Shown in pieces: positions 10,655 to 20,287 of a stretch of DNA of 54,229 nucleotides. The notes under the pieces were generated by a model. The model saw only the letters and a program-made list of their open reading frames with translations, was not told the origin of the DNA and ran no database searches. This DNA is from a virus (lineage: Duplodnaviria; Caudoviricetes), in IMG/VR virus record IMGVR_UViG_3300037485_001431, positions 1 to 54,229 of that record; one strand, written 5' to 3'. Positions within the stretch are counted from its first letter, which is position 1; the number at the start of each line of letters is the position of its first letter. The position numbers and the translations under genes were made by a program.

Positions 10655-12083
10655 AACAAATATTTTGTAGATTTACAACATCAAAACTTAACGACAATGA
10701 TGTTGGTACGGTTGACGAACAAACGATTGCGTTAGTTGCTGTTGCCAAAACTCCACCTAATGTTGCTCCTGAACAATCGGTATAACTATATCTAGTACCA
10801 GTTGGACCAAGATTTGTGACTCTATATTGGATCAACACACAAGGAGTTGTTGATGGTGTTGGAGTCGGAGTAGGTGTAGGTGTGTTTGTAGGGGTTACAC
10901 TAACATTTGGTGAACAATTAAGACAAGAACCATTAGTTACAGGGCCTATCTCAGTTATTAACGTAATAACGTCAACACCACTGATATTTTCAAACAATCC
11001 TTCGTAAACCGCACAATGACTTTGACCGTTAATATTCATTTTATAAACGTATCCTTCTTTTGGTCTATTTCCTGAAGGATCTAAAACAATATCAGATGTG
11101 TAATAATCAATTCCTGTGAAACAATCTTTAAATAACTTACTATTAGCACATTGAAGTACTTCACTAAACGAATTAAAGATAACCTCACCTGAGAAAGAAC
11201 AAGGTCTTGTTACTTCAGGTGATGGTGAAGGTGTTGGGGTCTGAGTAGGTGTTACAGTTGGTGTAACACCGGTTACCGATACATCCATTGCTACTCCACC
11301 ACATATGTTAGATACTGTTGGAGTTGGTGTTGGTGATGGTGTTGCGGTTGGTGATGCGGTTATACTTGGTGTTGGTGTAACCAAACAATCAAATAACGCA
11401 TCAAAATCAAAATCAGTACAAGGTAAAGTTGTTGTTGTAGTTGTAATACAAGTACCAATATATGCAACAGTATCGTCAAAATCAGGAACAATTGAAGTGC
11501 TTCCGTATGGGCCAAACTCAACACAAGGATCGCCAAGATTTTGAGCTAAACACCATCTTGTTTCACCAGTTGAATAAAATATAAAACCACTACCGTTGGT
11601 CCATGACTCATAACCATCATACGTTGATGATGGTGAGTAGTTACCATCTAAATAACCTGTGTTTTGAATACAATACCCATTAAAGGTCGTTGGTGTTGGA
11701 GTTGGTGTTGGCGTATTAGTTGCCGTAACGGTTGGAGTTGGTGTATTAGTGGTAGTGACTGTAGGTGTTACAGTCGGGGTAACCGTATTAGTTGGTGTAA
11801 TTGTTGGTGTTATAGTCGGAGTTGGTGTGGGTGTAGGTGTTGGACAAGAATAAACTAGTTTAACAGAACAGGAGGTGTAATCGTAATAATATGATTGGTA
11901 ATAAAATATGAAGTCATCACAAATAAGACCTGAACAACCAACGCTTAAAAAAAGTTGTGATCCTGTACCCGCCGAAAATGGAAGTGTTGCGGTATCAGCA
12001 TATACGTTAACTGGTGTTCCAGCGCCAAAACATATGTTTGTGTCCGTTGCTGCGGTATATATTGTAATTAAACTACAAGGCAT
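10653..12083 (-). CDS. Pro/Thr-linker, Cys-rich putative virion protein
   Basis: Four PT tracts and a poly-Thr run separating Cys-containing domains; same style as the 1-9.9 kb genes. Confidence 0.7.
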   Translation of the reverse strand: MPCSLITIYTAATDTNICFGAGTPVNVYADTATLPFSAGTGSQLFLSVGCSGLICDDFIFYYQSYYYDYTSCSVKLVYSCPTPTPTPTPTITPTITPTNTVTPTVTPTVTTTNTPTPTVTATNTPTPTPTPTTFNGYCIQNTGYLDGNYSPSSTYDGYESWTNGSGFIFYSTGETRWCLAQNLGDPCVEFGPYGSTSIVPDFDDTVAYIGTCITTTTTTLPCTDFDFDALFDCLVTPTPSITASPTATPSPTPTPTVSNICGGVAMDVSVTGVTPTVTPTQTPTPSPSPEVTRPCSFSGEVIFNSFSEVLQCANSKLFKDCFTGIDYYTSDIVLDPSGNRPKEGYVYKMNINGQSHCAVYEGLFENISGVDVITLITEIGPVTNGSCLNCSPNVSVTPTNTPTPTPTPTPSTTPCVLIQYRVTNLGPTGTRYSYTDCSGATLGGVLATATNAIVCSSTVPTSLSLSFDVVNLQNIC

Positions 12084-12084
12084 A

Positions 12085-12303
12085 TTAACTAAAAGTTTCT
12101 CTTATCTCACAATCATTATCATCCACAACTTTCACCACAAAAGATGCCATACCATCAAAAACTGAAGGTAGGTCAAAAACGTAAGGAATATCACCACTAT
12201 TGATCGTGGCAATGTATATACAAGTTGTTAATCCCGTATTACAAGTGTATACGTCAAATGGGCTTGCCCCTGAAACTCCGTTTAATGTGATTTGTGTTGG
12301 CAT
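12085..12303 (-). CDS. Small single-domain paralog of the N-terminal domain of 1574..3733
   Basis: Likely start MPTQITL at 12303 with TATTTAT 7 nt upstream. Shares PF..Y.C......C.YI.TI......LPS.FD......D...CE. Confidence 0.7.
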   Translation of the reverse strand: MPTQITLNGVSGASPFDVYTCNTGLTTCIYIATINSGDIPYVFDLPSVFDGMASFVVKVVDDNDCEIRETFS

Positions 12304-12378
12304 ATCAGTAATAAATATAAAAGAAACCAAAACTTTGTGTAGTTGATGTATTGAAACTTTATGTTTATATTTTTGGGG

Positions 12379-13278
12379 ATGGACGAAAACGAAGCTTTAG
12401 TTGAATTATTGGAAGAGGTATTGGGTGACCACGGCCTCCATTACCCCAATCGTGGACAAATCTCGTTCAACTGTCCGGTATGTGATGATGGTAGAAATAA
12501 ACATAATCTTGAGGTTAACTACATAAATAATGTTTATAAGTGTTGGGCTTGTGGTGATTATGAGGGTACTCATGGATCCTTAGGTAAAATATTTGATAAG
12601 TACGGTAATAGAAAACAGAAAAAACTATACCAAGTATTAAAACCTGAAACCGTAGTAAAACGAGAGAAAAAGAAAAAAGCGTTAAAACTTCCTGACGGAT
12701 TCACCCTATTCAAAGACGCAAGTCCTGTATATCCTGTTAGACGACAAGCCATAAATTACCTACATAATCGGGGAATTTCCGATTATATGATTGAAAAGTA
12801 TCAAATTGGATTCTGTGATGTTGGTGATCACGGTGGGAGAATCATTATACCTTCTTACGATAAAAGTGGTGAGTTGAACTATTATATTGCAAGAAGTTGG
12901 AATCCAATGAGTAGAGCAAAATATAAGAACCCTGAAGCAGAAAAAGATAAAATCATATTTTGGGAAAGTCTAATTGACTGGTCTAAAGACATATATCTTG
13001 TTGAGGGAGCGTTTGATGGATTATTTGTGGATAACTCAATTCCAATGTTGGGTAAACACATGTCTCAGTTATTATTTGAAACCATATATACAAAGGCAAA
13101 AGGTGATGTTATAATATGTTTAGATGCTGACGCATGGGAGAACTCCGTCAAACTTTATCACGAGTTAAATGGTGGTGAATTATGGGGGAGAATAAAATTA
13201 GTGAGATTACCGAATGAATCTGATATTGCGGATTTAAGGGGTGAGATAAAAGATGAATATTACCATATAATAAAATAA
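12379..13278 (+). CDS. dnaG: DNA primase (Zn-finger + TOPRIM)
   Basis: CPVC...CWAC zinc finger, RIIIP, KYKNP, LVEGAFD, LDADA. Start at 12379 follows TATTTTTG. Confidence 0.85.
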   Translation: MDENEALVELLEEVLGDHGLHYPNRGQISFNCPVCDDGRNKHNLEVNYINNVYKCWACGDYEGTHGSLGKIFDKYGNRKQKKLYQVLKPETVVKREKKKKALKLPDGFTLFKDASPVYPVRRQAINYLHNRGISDYMIEKYQIGFCDVGDHGGRIIIPSYDKSGELNYYIARSWNPMSRAKYKNPEAEKDKIIFWESLIDWSKDIYLVEGAFDGLFVDNSIPMLGKHMSQLLFETIYTKAKGDVIICLDADAWENSVKLYHELNGGELWGRIKLVRLPNESDIADLRGEIKDEYYHIIK

Positions 13279-13322
13279 TTGTTATTATTCACACTTTTAT
13301 AAAATTTAATATATTTATTAAT

Positions 13323-13481
13323 ATGGGAAGAAAGTTAAAAAAAGAAGAGGATAAGAAAACAAAAGTATCTGTTGCATTAGATAGAGAACTTTTAGAGTAT
13401 TATAGAACCTTACATATTAACCTTTCTTCACTGGTTAATAAACTACTTTTAGATTATAAAAATGGAAACAAAGGTTTGTAA
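13323..13481 (+). CDS. Unlisted 52-aa ribbon-helix-helix-like DNA-binding protein
   Basis: MGRKLKKEEDKKTKVSVALDRELLEYYRTLHINLSSLVNKLLLDYKNGNKGL. TATTTAT lies 4 nt upstream and the ORF overlaps the HNH start. Confidence 0.65.
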   Translation: MGRKLKKEEDKKTKVSVALDRELLEYYRTLHINLSSLVNKLLLDYKNGNKGL

Positions 13482-14019
13482 AAAATGCTTGGAAGAAAAA
13501 CAGTTATGTGAGTACAGTAAAGACAAATATAGTAAAGACGGATTTAGATTTAGATGTAAAGAGTGTACCAGAGAAGAATATAAAAAGTTTTACTACTCTA
13601 ATATTGATAAAGAAATACAAAGACAAGTATCCTACCAAAAAAATAATTTAGAATCAGTTAGAAAAAGTAGGAACGAAAGACATCAAAAAAAATATAATAA
13701 TGATGTTTTATATAAATTAAAATTTAATATTAGAAATAGGGTTAAACTCTTTTTAAAGAGTGCCAACTTTGATATAAAGGTTAATAACACATATAATATT
13801 GTTGGTTGTACGCCTGAAGAACTTAAAGAACATATTGAAAAACAATTTACAGATGGAATGAGTTGGGACAATCACAATCACAACGGATGGCATATTGATC
13901 ATATAATTCCACTATCATCGGCAAATACTGAAGAAGAGGTGTTTAAATTATGTCATTACACAAACTTACAACCACTATGGTGTGAGGAAAATTATAAAAA
14001 AGGAAAAACAATATTATGA
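13462..14019 (+). CDS. Free-standing HNH homing endonuclease
   Basis: N-terminal CKKC/CKEC, then WHIDHIIP...HYTNLQPLW..EN..K. Confidence 0.85.
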   Translation: METKVCKKCLEEKQLCEYSKDKYSKDGFRFRCKECTREEYKKFYYSNIDKEIQRQVSYQKNNLESVRKSRNERHQKKYNNDVLYKLKFNIRNRVKLFLKSANFDIKVNNTYNIVGCTPEELKEHIEKQFTDGMSWDNHNHNGWHIDHIIPLSSANTEEEVFKLCHYTNLQPLWCEENYKKGKTIL

Positions 14020-14879
14020 ATATAGAAGAAACGGTATTAGATATTAGGCGAATTTTAGAAGAAAAAAGAAAAGAATTTCAATTAACTTTTGAGGAAGAAT
14101 CCCACAAATATACGATGTTAGGATTAGATGGTAAATTAACGGATAATTGGCCCTCAGTGTCTAAGGTTATGAAGGCTTTTTATGATGAATTTCCCTCAGA
14201 AAAGAAGGCTCTTGAGATGTCGGGTGGAAATCCTGATAAGGCTGATGAATTACTAAATGAGTGGAAGTTATCGGGTGAATACTCCACTAATATTGGAAGT
14301 AGAGTTCACTTCTTATTAGAAAAACACTCATTAGACATGTTTAATTATGAGAAAGCAATAAGAGAACCGATATATGAATGTGATCCATTACAAATATTAA
14401 AGAGTGACTCTATGGTTACTGCTGGAAAACAATTTTTAGAGGTAATGAAAGAAAGAGGAGCTCATTTAATAGATACTGAAATAGTGTTAGGTCATCCTGA
14501 ATTGGGTTATACAGGTCAGGGGGATACCGGTTGGTTAATAGAGAATAAAAATAAAGATGGGTATGGTTTTATAATAACAGATTATAAAACAAATAAAGAA
14601 AAAAACTTTATTACCCAAAAGTATATTAAACCGATGAGAACCCCTTTTGAATATTTACCAAACAATGCCTTAGGTCATTACCACACCCAATTACCATTTT
14701 ATGGTAAATTACTGTTGAAAATGTTAGAAGGGACTAAGTATGAAAATATTAAAATTCTTGGGTGCATTATTGTTAGACTAACAGATGAAAGAGAATTTAT
14801 TGAATATAGAGTTGAAAGAAAAACAATCAACACAATTCTTGAAATGGATATGAAACAATATTTGACTAAACTTAAATAA
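14016..14879 (+). CDS. PD-(D/E)XK exonuclease
   Basis: H.Y, PSVS, G.RVH, TE...GQGD, ITDYKT, YHTQLPFY. Confidence 0.8.
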   Translation: MNIEETVLDIRRILEEKRKEFQLTFEEESHKYTMLGLDGKLTDNWPSVSKVMKAFYDEFPSEKKALEMSGGNPDKADELLNEWKLSGEYSTNIGSRVHFLLEKHSLDMFNYEKAIREPIYECDPLQILKSDSMVTAGKQFLEVMKERGAHLIDTEIVLGHPELGYTGQGDTGWLIENKNKDGYGFIITDYKTNKEKNFITQKYIKPMRTPFEYLPNNALGHYHTQLPFYGKLLLKMLEGTKYENIKILGCIIVRLTDEREFIEYRVERKTINTILEMDMKQYLTKLK

Positions 14880-14895
14880 TCAATTATATTATAGT

Positions 14896-14988
14896 ATGGA
14901 ATTAACAATTACACCTATTTGGTATACAACAACGAGTTGGGACCAAACATTACCAATCAAAGTAAAAATAAACTATATCATAAAATAA
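14896..14988 (+). CDS. Unlisted 30-aa hypothetical peptide
   Basis: MELTITPIWYTTTSWDQTLPIKVKINYIIK fills the gap and abuts the next ATG. Confidence 0.4.
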   Translation: MELTITPIWYTTTSWDQTLPIKVKINYIIK

Positions 14989-14989
14989 A

Positions 14990-15205
14990 ATGGACGATAT
15001 TATTAAACCAAAGATTGATCTGAGACAACAACAGACAATTAAATGTGAAAAATGTGAGTCAAAGTTCTTCAAAGAGGTAACTATGATCAAAAAAGTACCT
15101 AAATTATTAACAGGAAGTCATGAGGACACGATTGTACCATTCCCAACTTATATGTGTAATGAGTGTGGTCACGTTAACTCTGATTTTGAATTATTCATTG
15201 ACTAA
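14990..15205 (+). CDS. Small zinc-ribbon protein
   Basis: CEKC...CNECGH. Confidence 0.7.
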   Translation: MDDIIKPKIDLRQQQTIKCEKCESKFFKEVTMIKKVPKLLTGSHEDTIVPFPTYMCNECGHVNSDFELFID

Positions 15206-15351
15206 TGGAAATTGGAAGAATGACATTGTCCGAAGCATATCCACACCTTAGAAGTGTTGGTCTTGCTTATGGATTAAAATTAAACCGAGTTAAAGATTTT
15301 AAATTAGCAAGACTTATCTTGGCAAACCTTTATAGTAGAGAATTAGTATGA
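15205..15351 (+). CDS. Unlisted 48-aa hypothetical protein
   Basis: MEIGRMTLSEAYPHLRSVGL...; TAATG and ATGA overlaps with both neighbours. Confidence 0.65.
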   Translation: MEIGRMTLSEAYPHLRSVGLAYGLKLNRVKDFKLARLILANLYSRELV

Positions 15352-15590
15352 CACACAAAGAATTTTACATTTGGTTAGATGGGTATCTAACAGGTAAACT
15401 TGAAAATAAACACATAGATATTGTACCTATTGTTGAAAAAATGAATGAGGTTAAAGATGAACCACAGGAGTCAGTTAAGATTACTCCATTTGAAAGAATA
15501 CCAGTACCAATTAACCCTTTTCCAAAGATAGATCCATACTCACCACCATATGAAGTTTATTGTGGAACAAAAGAACAATTAAACGATTAA
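15348..15590 (+). CDS. Hypothetical phage protein
   Basis: MT..EF..WL.GY N-terminus seen in phage small proteins; coupled to the upstream ORF. Confidence 0.65.
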   Translation: MTHKEFYIWLDGYLTGKLENKHIDIVPIVEKMNEVKDEPQESVKITPFERIPVPINPFPKIDPYSPPYEVYCGTKEQLND

Positions 15591-15606
15591 ACGATTAAAA
15601 AAAAAT

Positions 15607-15801
15607 ATGAAACAAGAAATTAATGAGTCGTCAATAACTCAACAAATTAAAACCCAATTAGAAAACTCTAACTTAGATGTTGTTATCACACCGGTTATGT
15701 ATGACCCAAACGACTTTACACCTGTGTTAGGTGTATTAGTAAAAAACGAAGATTCAAGTTATAGTAGAAAATACACAATAACGGTTAAACCGAACAATTA
15801 A
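15607..15801 (+). CDS. Hypothetical protein
   Basis: In-operon ORF with an A-rich leader. Confidence 0.6.
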   Translation: MKQEINESSITQQIKTQLENSNLDVVITPVMYDPNDFTPVLGVLVKNEDSSYSRKYTITVKPNN

Positions 15802-16581
15802 ATGATTAAGAAAATAGTACACTTTTCTGATTTACATATCAGATTATATAAGGATCACGATTTATACCGATCAATATTAGAGACGGCAATTGAACAATGG
15901 AAGGAATTGGAACCTGATCGTATTGTGTTTACGGGAGATTTAGTTCATTCTAAAAACCAAATGACACCTGAACTTATTGAGTTCGTTGCTTGGATTTTAA
16001 CTGAATGTTCATTCATTGCTAAAACCGTTATTATACCTGGTAACCACGACTTTTTGGTAAACAATACCGAAAGATTAGATGCTCTTACCCCTATTATTAA
16101 TTCTTTGAGGAATGAGGATATTGTGTACTACCGAGATAGAGGTGTATATGAGGATGAAAATATAAGTTGGTGTGTTTATTCTCAATATCAAGGTAATATA
16201 CCACCTGATATTATTGATGGTAAAGGAAGAAAGATTGGTTTATTTCACGGACCAATCGCAGGATTAAAAACTGACTTAGGTTTTGAGTTCGGTGAGGAAG
16301 CCTATGAGATTGAAAAGTTTGATGGTCTTGAAACGGTATTATGTGGGGATATTCACAAACGAGCAGAGTTCCAAATAAAAGGGGGTAAAGGTTATATGAT
16401 CGGTTCCACCATCCAAAACAATATTGGAGAAAGTATTGAAAGACATGGATATGGAATCTACGATGTTGAAACCAAAGATTATTCTTATGTTGATTTACCA
16501 AATCCAAAACCATTCTTAAAGTTCTCCATAAAATCATTTGCGGATATTGAGAATGGAACCGAACAACTCAAAAATCTTTAA
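15802..16581 (+). CDS. sbcD: Mre11/SbcD/gp47-like nuclease
   Basis: SDLH, TGDLVH, PGNHD, FHG, GDIH and GS..Q motifs; near SbcC. Confidence 0.85.
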   Translation: MIKKIVHFSDLHIRLYKDHDLYRSILETAIEQWKELEPDRIVFTGDLVHSKNQMTPELIEFVAWILTECSFIAKTVIIPGNHDFLVNNTERLDALTPIINSLRNEDIVYYRDRGVYEDENISWCVYSQYQGNIPPDIIDGKGRKIGLFHGPIAGLKTDLGFEFGEEAYEIEKFDGLETVLCGDIHKRAEFQIKGGKGYMIGSTIQNNIGESIERHGYGIYDVETKDYSYVDLPNPKPFLKFSIKSFADIENGTEQLKNL

Positions 16582-17140
16582 AAAGGAAATGATGCAGACG
16601 GTGTCTGCATTTTGTGAGTCCCAAGAAATTAAGGATGTAGATAATTTTATGTACCTATGTTTCAAACAGGGATTTGATATTAGGAAGTATGGTCTCTTGG
16701 GAAAAACACTTAATGAAGGTGAAAAAGACTTAAAAACGGGTGGGATTGAAGAAAAACTGGTGGAAATTGAGGTAATCCGAGAAATACGGGTGGAAGTACC
16801 TGTTGAGGTTATCAAAGAGGTTGAAAAAGTTGTCACAAAAATAGAATACATTAGTGACAAAAGTGGTGAAAACGAACTGTTGTTAAAAATACAACAGTTG
16901 GAAAGTGAAATGTCTAAAAAGGATTTAGATTTAGACGAACTTAGACGAAAATTAGACGACCCCGTAACAAATAATAACATAAATATGTTACAGAACACAC
17001 TCCAAAAACTAAGGGGTGAGTTGTCAGAAAAGAATCAAAAAATAAAAGAGTTAGAACAAATAAACAAAGGACTCTTAGATGGTCAACAAACATCAGGAGC
17101 CTACCTCTTACGAGGATCAAATTTAAATAAAAGAGTATGA
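16538..17140 (+). CDS. Coiled-coil protein with VEVPVEVIKEVEK repeat
   Basis: V/E/I/K-rich segment followed by heptads. Start may be the Met at 16553. Confidence 0.65.
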   Translation: MRILRMEPNNSKIFKKEMMQTVSAFCESQEIKDVDNFMYLCFKQGFDIRKYGLLGKTLNEGEKDLKTGGIEEKLVEIEVIREIRVEVPVEVIKEVEKVVTKIEYISDKSGENELLLKIQQLESEMSKKDLDLDELRRKLDDPVTNNNINMLQNTLQKLRGELSEKNQKIKELEQINKGLLDGQQTSGAYLLRGSNLNKRV

Positions 17141-17490
17141 TAACACAATTTTTAGTATGGGTCACAATGAGTTATGGGTTAATGAACATTATGGTCTACG
17201 GATCAATATTTCAAGGACTAAGAGATTTTTTAGGTAGATGGAAAGATAATAAAAAATTACCTTTTAACTTTTTAGGTAAGTTCCTATCGGGTTTAATCAA
17301 TTGTCCATTATGTTTCTCAACATGGGGTGGATTTGTTTTATCCTTATTGATATTCTCACCAACAAATCATATATTTAATACACCTTCAACTTATTCATGG
17401 TTCTTTGATGGAATTATATCGGCAGGTGCTGTATGGGCAATCAATAGTGTAATAGAGTGGTTTGAAGAAAATAGACCAAGTAATAATTAA
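17137..17490 (+). CDS. DUF1360-like membrane protein
   Basis: IF..LR, L..CPLC..TW and three hydrophobic segments. Confidence 0.6.
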   Translation: MITQFLVWVTMSYGLMNIMVYGSIFQGLRDFLGRWKDNKKLPFNFLGKFLSGLINCPLCFSTWGGFVLSLLIFSPTNHIFNTPSTYSWFFDGIISAGAVWAINSVIEWFEENRPSNN

Positions 17491-17505
17491 TAAAAACAAA
17501 TATAA

Positions 17506-17877
17506 ATGGGAAAAGCAGCAAAAGCGCACAGAGCAAAAGTAGCGAAGAGAAACAATAGACTCGCACAAGAGAAATCAGGAATGCAAAAAGCATTTGACTT
17601 ATTACTTAAAGAACAATTAGGTAAGTTGGATGCGGAGAAAGAAATTGCGGTTGAAATGGGCGACCAAAGTTTGAACTTTGAGGTAATGGAAGACAGAATT
17701 GTTGACCACGCATTCAAGTTCCAACCAAATCCTGAAGCATCGTCAAAAATCAACAAAGAGTTTGAACAAGAAGAACTTCCTGAAGAAGATGTTATGACAA
17801 ATGTTGAGTACAAGGAAAGAAACATGGAAACAGTTTACGACACTAAACACAATTCTCCAACAAAAGAGGAAAACTAA
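17506..17877 (+). CDS. Hypothetical protein (basic N-terminus, acidic C-terminus)
   Basis: In-operon ORF. Confidence 0.65.
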   Translation: MGKAAKAHRAKVAKRNNRLAQEKSGMQKAFDLLLKEQLGKLDAEKEIAVEMGDQSLNFEVMEDRIVDHAFKFQPNPEASSKINKEFEQEELPEEDVMTNVEYKERNMETVYDTKHNSPTKEEN

Positions 17878-17883
17878 AAAAGA

Positions 17884-20259
17884 ATGGATTTATTTAATCC
17901 ACCAAAATTATTTAATTACAACATTATGGTAAAAGAATTGGATTTTTCTAAGTTTGAAAACCCAACGATACAAGTCGTATGGGAAGACATATCTGAAAAT
18001 TTTACTCAAGACAAAATCAAAAGTGTAAAACATTATTTCCAAAAGAAATATAATACCACCAATGTGAATGTCTTGACTAAGGCAAAGAATGTTGAAACGG
18101 ATACAATGCAAAGTATTGATGTGTCTGTGAATATATCTGACCCTAACTACCAACTTGATTTATTGAAGAAGTTTATTGAATCTAAGGGTTATGCTGATCA
18201 CCAAGAAAAGGTGTTATCAATCAATAAAATGGTTGAAAACAAAATGTCTGAGGAGGAAGGTAATCAAGCTCAATTTAAAAAGTGGTACATTAGAAACATA
18301 GAATTTTCCAATTTCTTATCATATGGAGAAAATCAAAAGTTAGATTTTGATAAATTAAATGGTATTGTGGTGGTTGAATCAGATCCACCAAACTTTGGTG
18401 GTAAAACCGTATTAACGGTAGATTTACTAATGTTCTTATTCTTTAATGAAACAACAAAGACATCAAAGGCTGAGGAAATATTCAACAGGTTCTCCAATAA
18501 AGATGTTGTTTCAGTTAAAGGTGAAATTACAATTGATGGTGAAGATTATATTATCGTTAGAAAGATTGAGAGAAAGTTATCCAAGAAAGGAGAATGGAAT
18601 GTTAAGACAGAATTGGACTTCTTTAAGAAACTTGCTGATGGCAGTTTATTAAACTTTACCGGTGAACAAAGAAGAGAGACTGAAGCGTTCATTAAAGAAT
18701 CAATTGGGACCAAAGAAGACTTCTTAATGACAATCCTTACAACAGGGTCTAACCTTGAAGAGTTGTTGGAATCTAAACCAACCGCAAGGGGTCAGGTTTT
18801 ATCTCGTTTCATGGGTCTTGAATTCTTAAAAAGAAAAGAGGAAGTTGCAAAAGAAATTTATTCTGAGTTTACAAAATCAAAGATATCAAACATCTATTCG
18901 TCTGAATCATTAAAGACGGACAATGAAGGGTATGAAACCAGAATTACGGATTTAAATGGTGAAATTGAAACATTTAACAATGATTTGTCAAACACCGATC
19001 AGGCAATCCTTAAAGGGAAAGAATATCGTGATGATATGTTAAAGAAAAAACATAGCAACATTGATAAGGAGATTAGTTTATTGAATCCAGAAAAAACCAA
19101 ACAAACAATCAATGAGATTTCATTGGAAAAATCAGGTTATGTTGGTAAGATGAATGAGATTAAGGTGGTAGAACCATCCGAGTTTTATCATGAGGACAAA
19201 CACGATGAGGTTAAAGAACAATACAATAATGTTTATAAAGAGTCAGTACAGATAGATACGGAGATCACATCAATTAATAAATTAAAGTCTTCAGTTGAAG
19301 GTGGAATCAAATGTGAACACTGTGGGATTGAGTTAATGAACGCAGCAATCACCAATGCGAAAATCGCCGAACTTGATGGCTATAAACGGCACAAAGAAGA
19401 AAAAACCAAGTTAATGACGGAATTATCCATCAAAGAACAAGGTTTTGTGCAACTGAAAAAAGAGTTTGATGAGTATGAGAAAAACAAACTTATCAAAGAA
19501 AAATATGAGGTTTCCATTGAAAGTTGCGATCTTAAAGTTGAGTCGTTAAAAGACAAACTTAAAAGGTGGGAAGAGGTCCAAGATAAAATCAAAGAGAACG
19601 ACTCAATTGATGCAATGTTAATTAAAGCGGATCTTAGATTGGATGAGTTGGAAGGTAAAAAGAAAACATTAAACACAAACATTTCCAACAACCAATTTAT
19701 GATTAAAAACTTGAATGATAAGATTGTTAATAACGAAAATATGATTGTTAAAATCAAAGAGGAGGAAGCGAAAGAAAAGATTTATAAGATTTATTTGGAC
19801 GCTTATGGTAAGAATGGTGTAACCAAAATCATTATGAAGACTATGATGCCAATCATTAACTCAGAACTACAAAGGTTGATGGAAGACTCTTGTTATTTCA
19901 AGTTGGAGATTAGAATCAATGACAAAAATGAAGTTGAATTTATGATGATTGATAATGGTACGGGAATTGATAAGTTGATGACAAGTGGATCAGGTTACGA
20001 AAAGACAATCGCGTCTTTGGCGTTGAGATCCGTATTGACTAAGATCTGTACTCTACCAAAACCAAATTTGGTCGTGATGGACGAGGTGTTCGGAAAAATA
20101 TCCAATGAAAACTTGGAAATGGTTTCTGAGTTCTTTATTAAGATTAAAGAATACTTTGAGAAAGTCTTCGTTATAACTCATAATCCTATGGTAAGCCAAT
20201 GGGCTGACAACACGGTCAAAATCACAAAAGAAAATAATATTTCAAAATTATTGTTATAG
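17884..20259 (+). CDS. sbcC: Rad50/SbcC/gp46-like ATPase
   Basis: NFLSYG, Walker A NFGGKT, coiled coils with CEHC zinc hook, signature SGYE, Walker B VMDEVFG, ITH. Confidence 0.9.
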   Translation: MDLFNPPKLFNYNIMVKELDFSKFENPTIQVVWEDISENFTQDKIKSVKHYFQKKYNTTNVNVLTKAKNVETDTMQSIDVSVNISDPNYQLDLLKKFIESKGYADHQEKVLSINKMVENKMSEEEGNQAQFKKWYIRNIEFSNFLSYGENQKLDFDKLNGIVVVESDPPNFGGKTVLTVDLLMFLFFNETTKTSKAEEIFNRFSNKDVVSVKGEITIDGEDYIIVRKIERKLSKKGEWNVKTELDFFKKLADGSLLNFTGEQRRETEAFIKESIGTKEDFLMTILTTGSNLEELLESKPTARGQVLSRFMGLEFLKRKEEVAKEIYSEFTKSKISNIYSSESLKTDNEGYETRITDLNGEIETFNNDLSNTDQAILKGKEYRDDMLKKKHSNIDKEISLLNPEKTKQTINEISLEKSGYVGKMNEIKVVEPSEFYHEDKHDEVKEQYNNVYKESVQIDTEITSINKLKSSVEGGIKCEHCGIELMNAAITNAKIAELDGYKRHKEEKTKLMTELSIKEQGFVQLKKEFDEYEKNKLIKEKYEVSIESCDLKVESLKDKLKRWEEVQDKIKENDSIDAMLIKADLRLDELEGKKKTLNTNISNNQFMIKNLNDKIVNNENMIVKIKEEEAKEKIYKIYLDAYGKNGVTKIIMKTMMPIINSELQRLMEDSCYFKLEIRINDKNEVEFMMIDNGTGIDKLMTSGSGYEKTIASLALRSVLTKICTLPKPNLVVMDEVFGKISNENLEMVSEFFIKIKEYFEKVFVITHNPMVSQWADNTVKITKENNISKLLL

Positions 20260-20287
20260 ATTAAAATATTATTTGTATGTTTGTGTT

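Noticed and set aside
13323-14019. Endonucleases as intron or intein passengers (also 32671..33354)
   Set aside because: Flanking genes look complete, and no group I core or intein termini are visible.
14016-14879. Cas4 call for the PD-(D/E)XK nuclease
   Set aside because: Lacks the four-Cys Fe-S cluster pattern; the context is replication.
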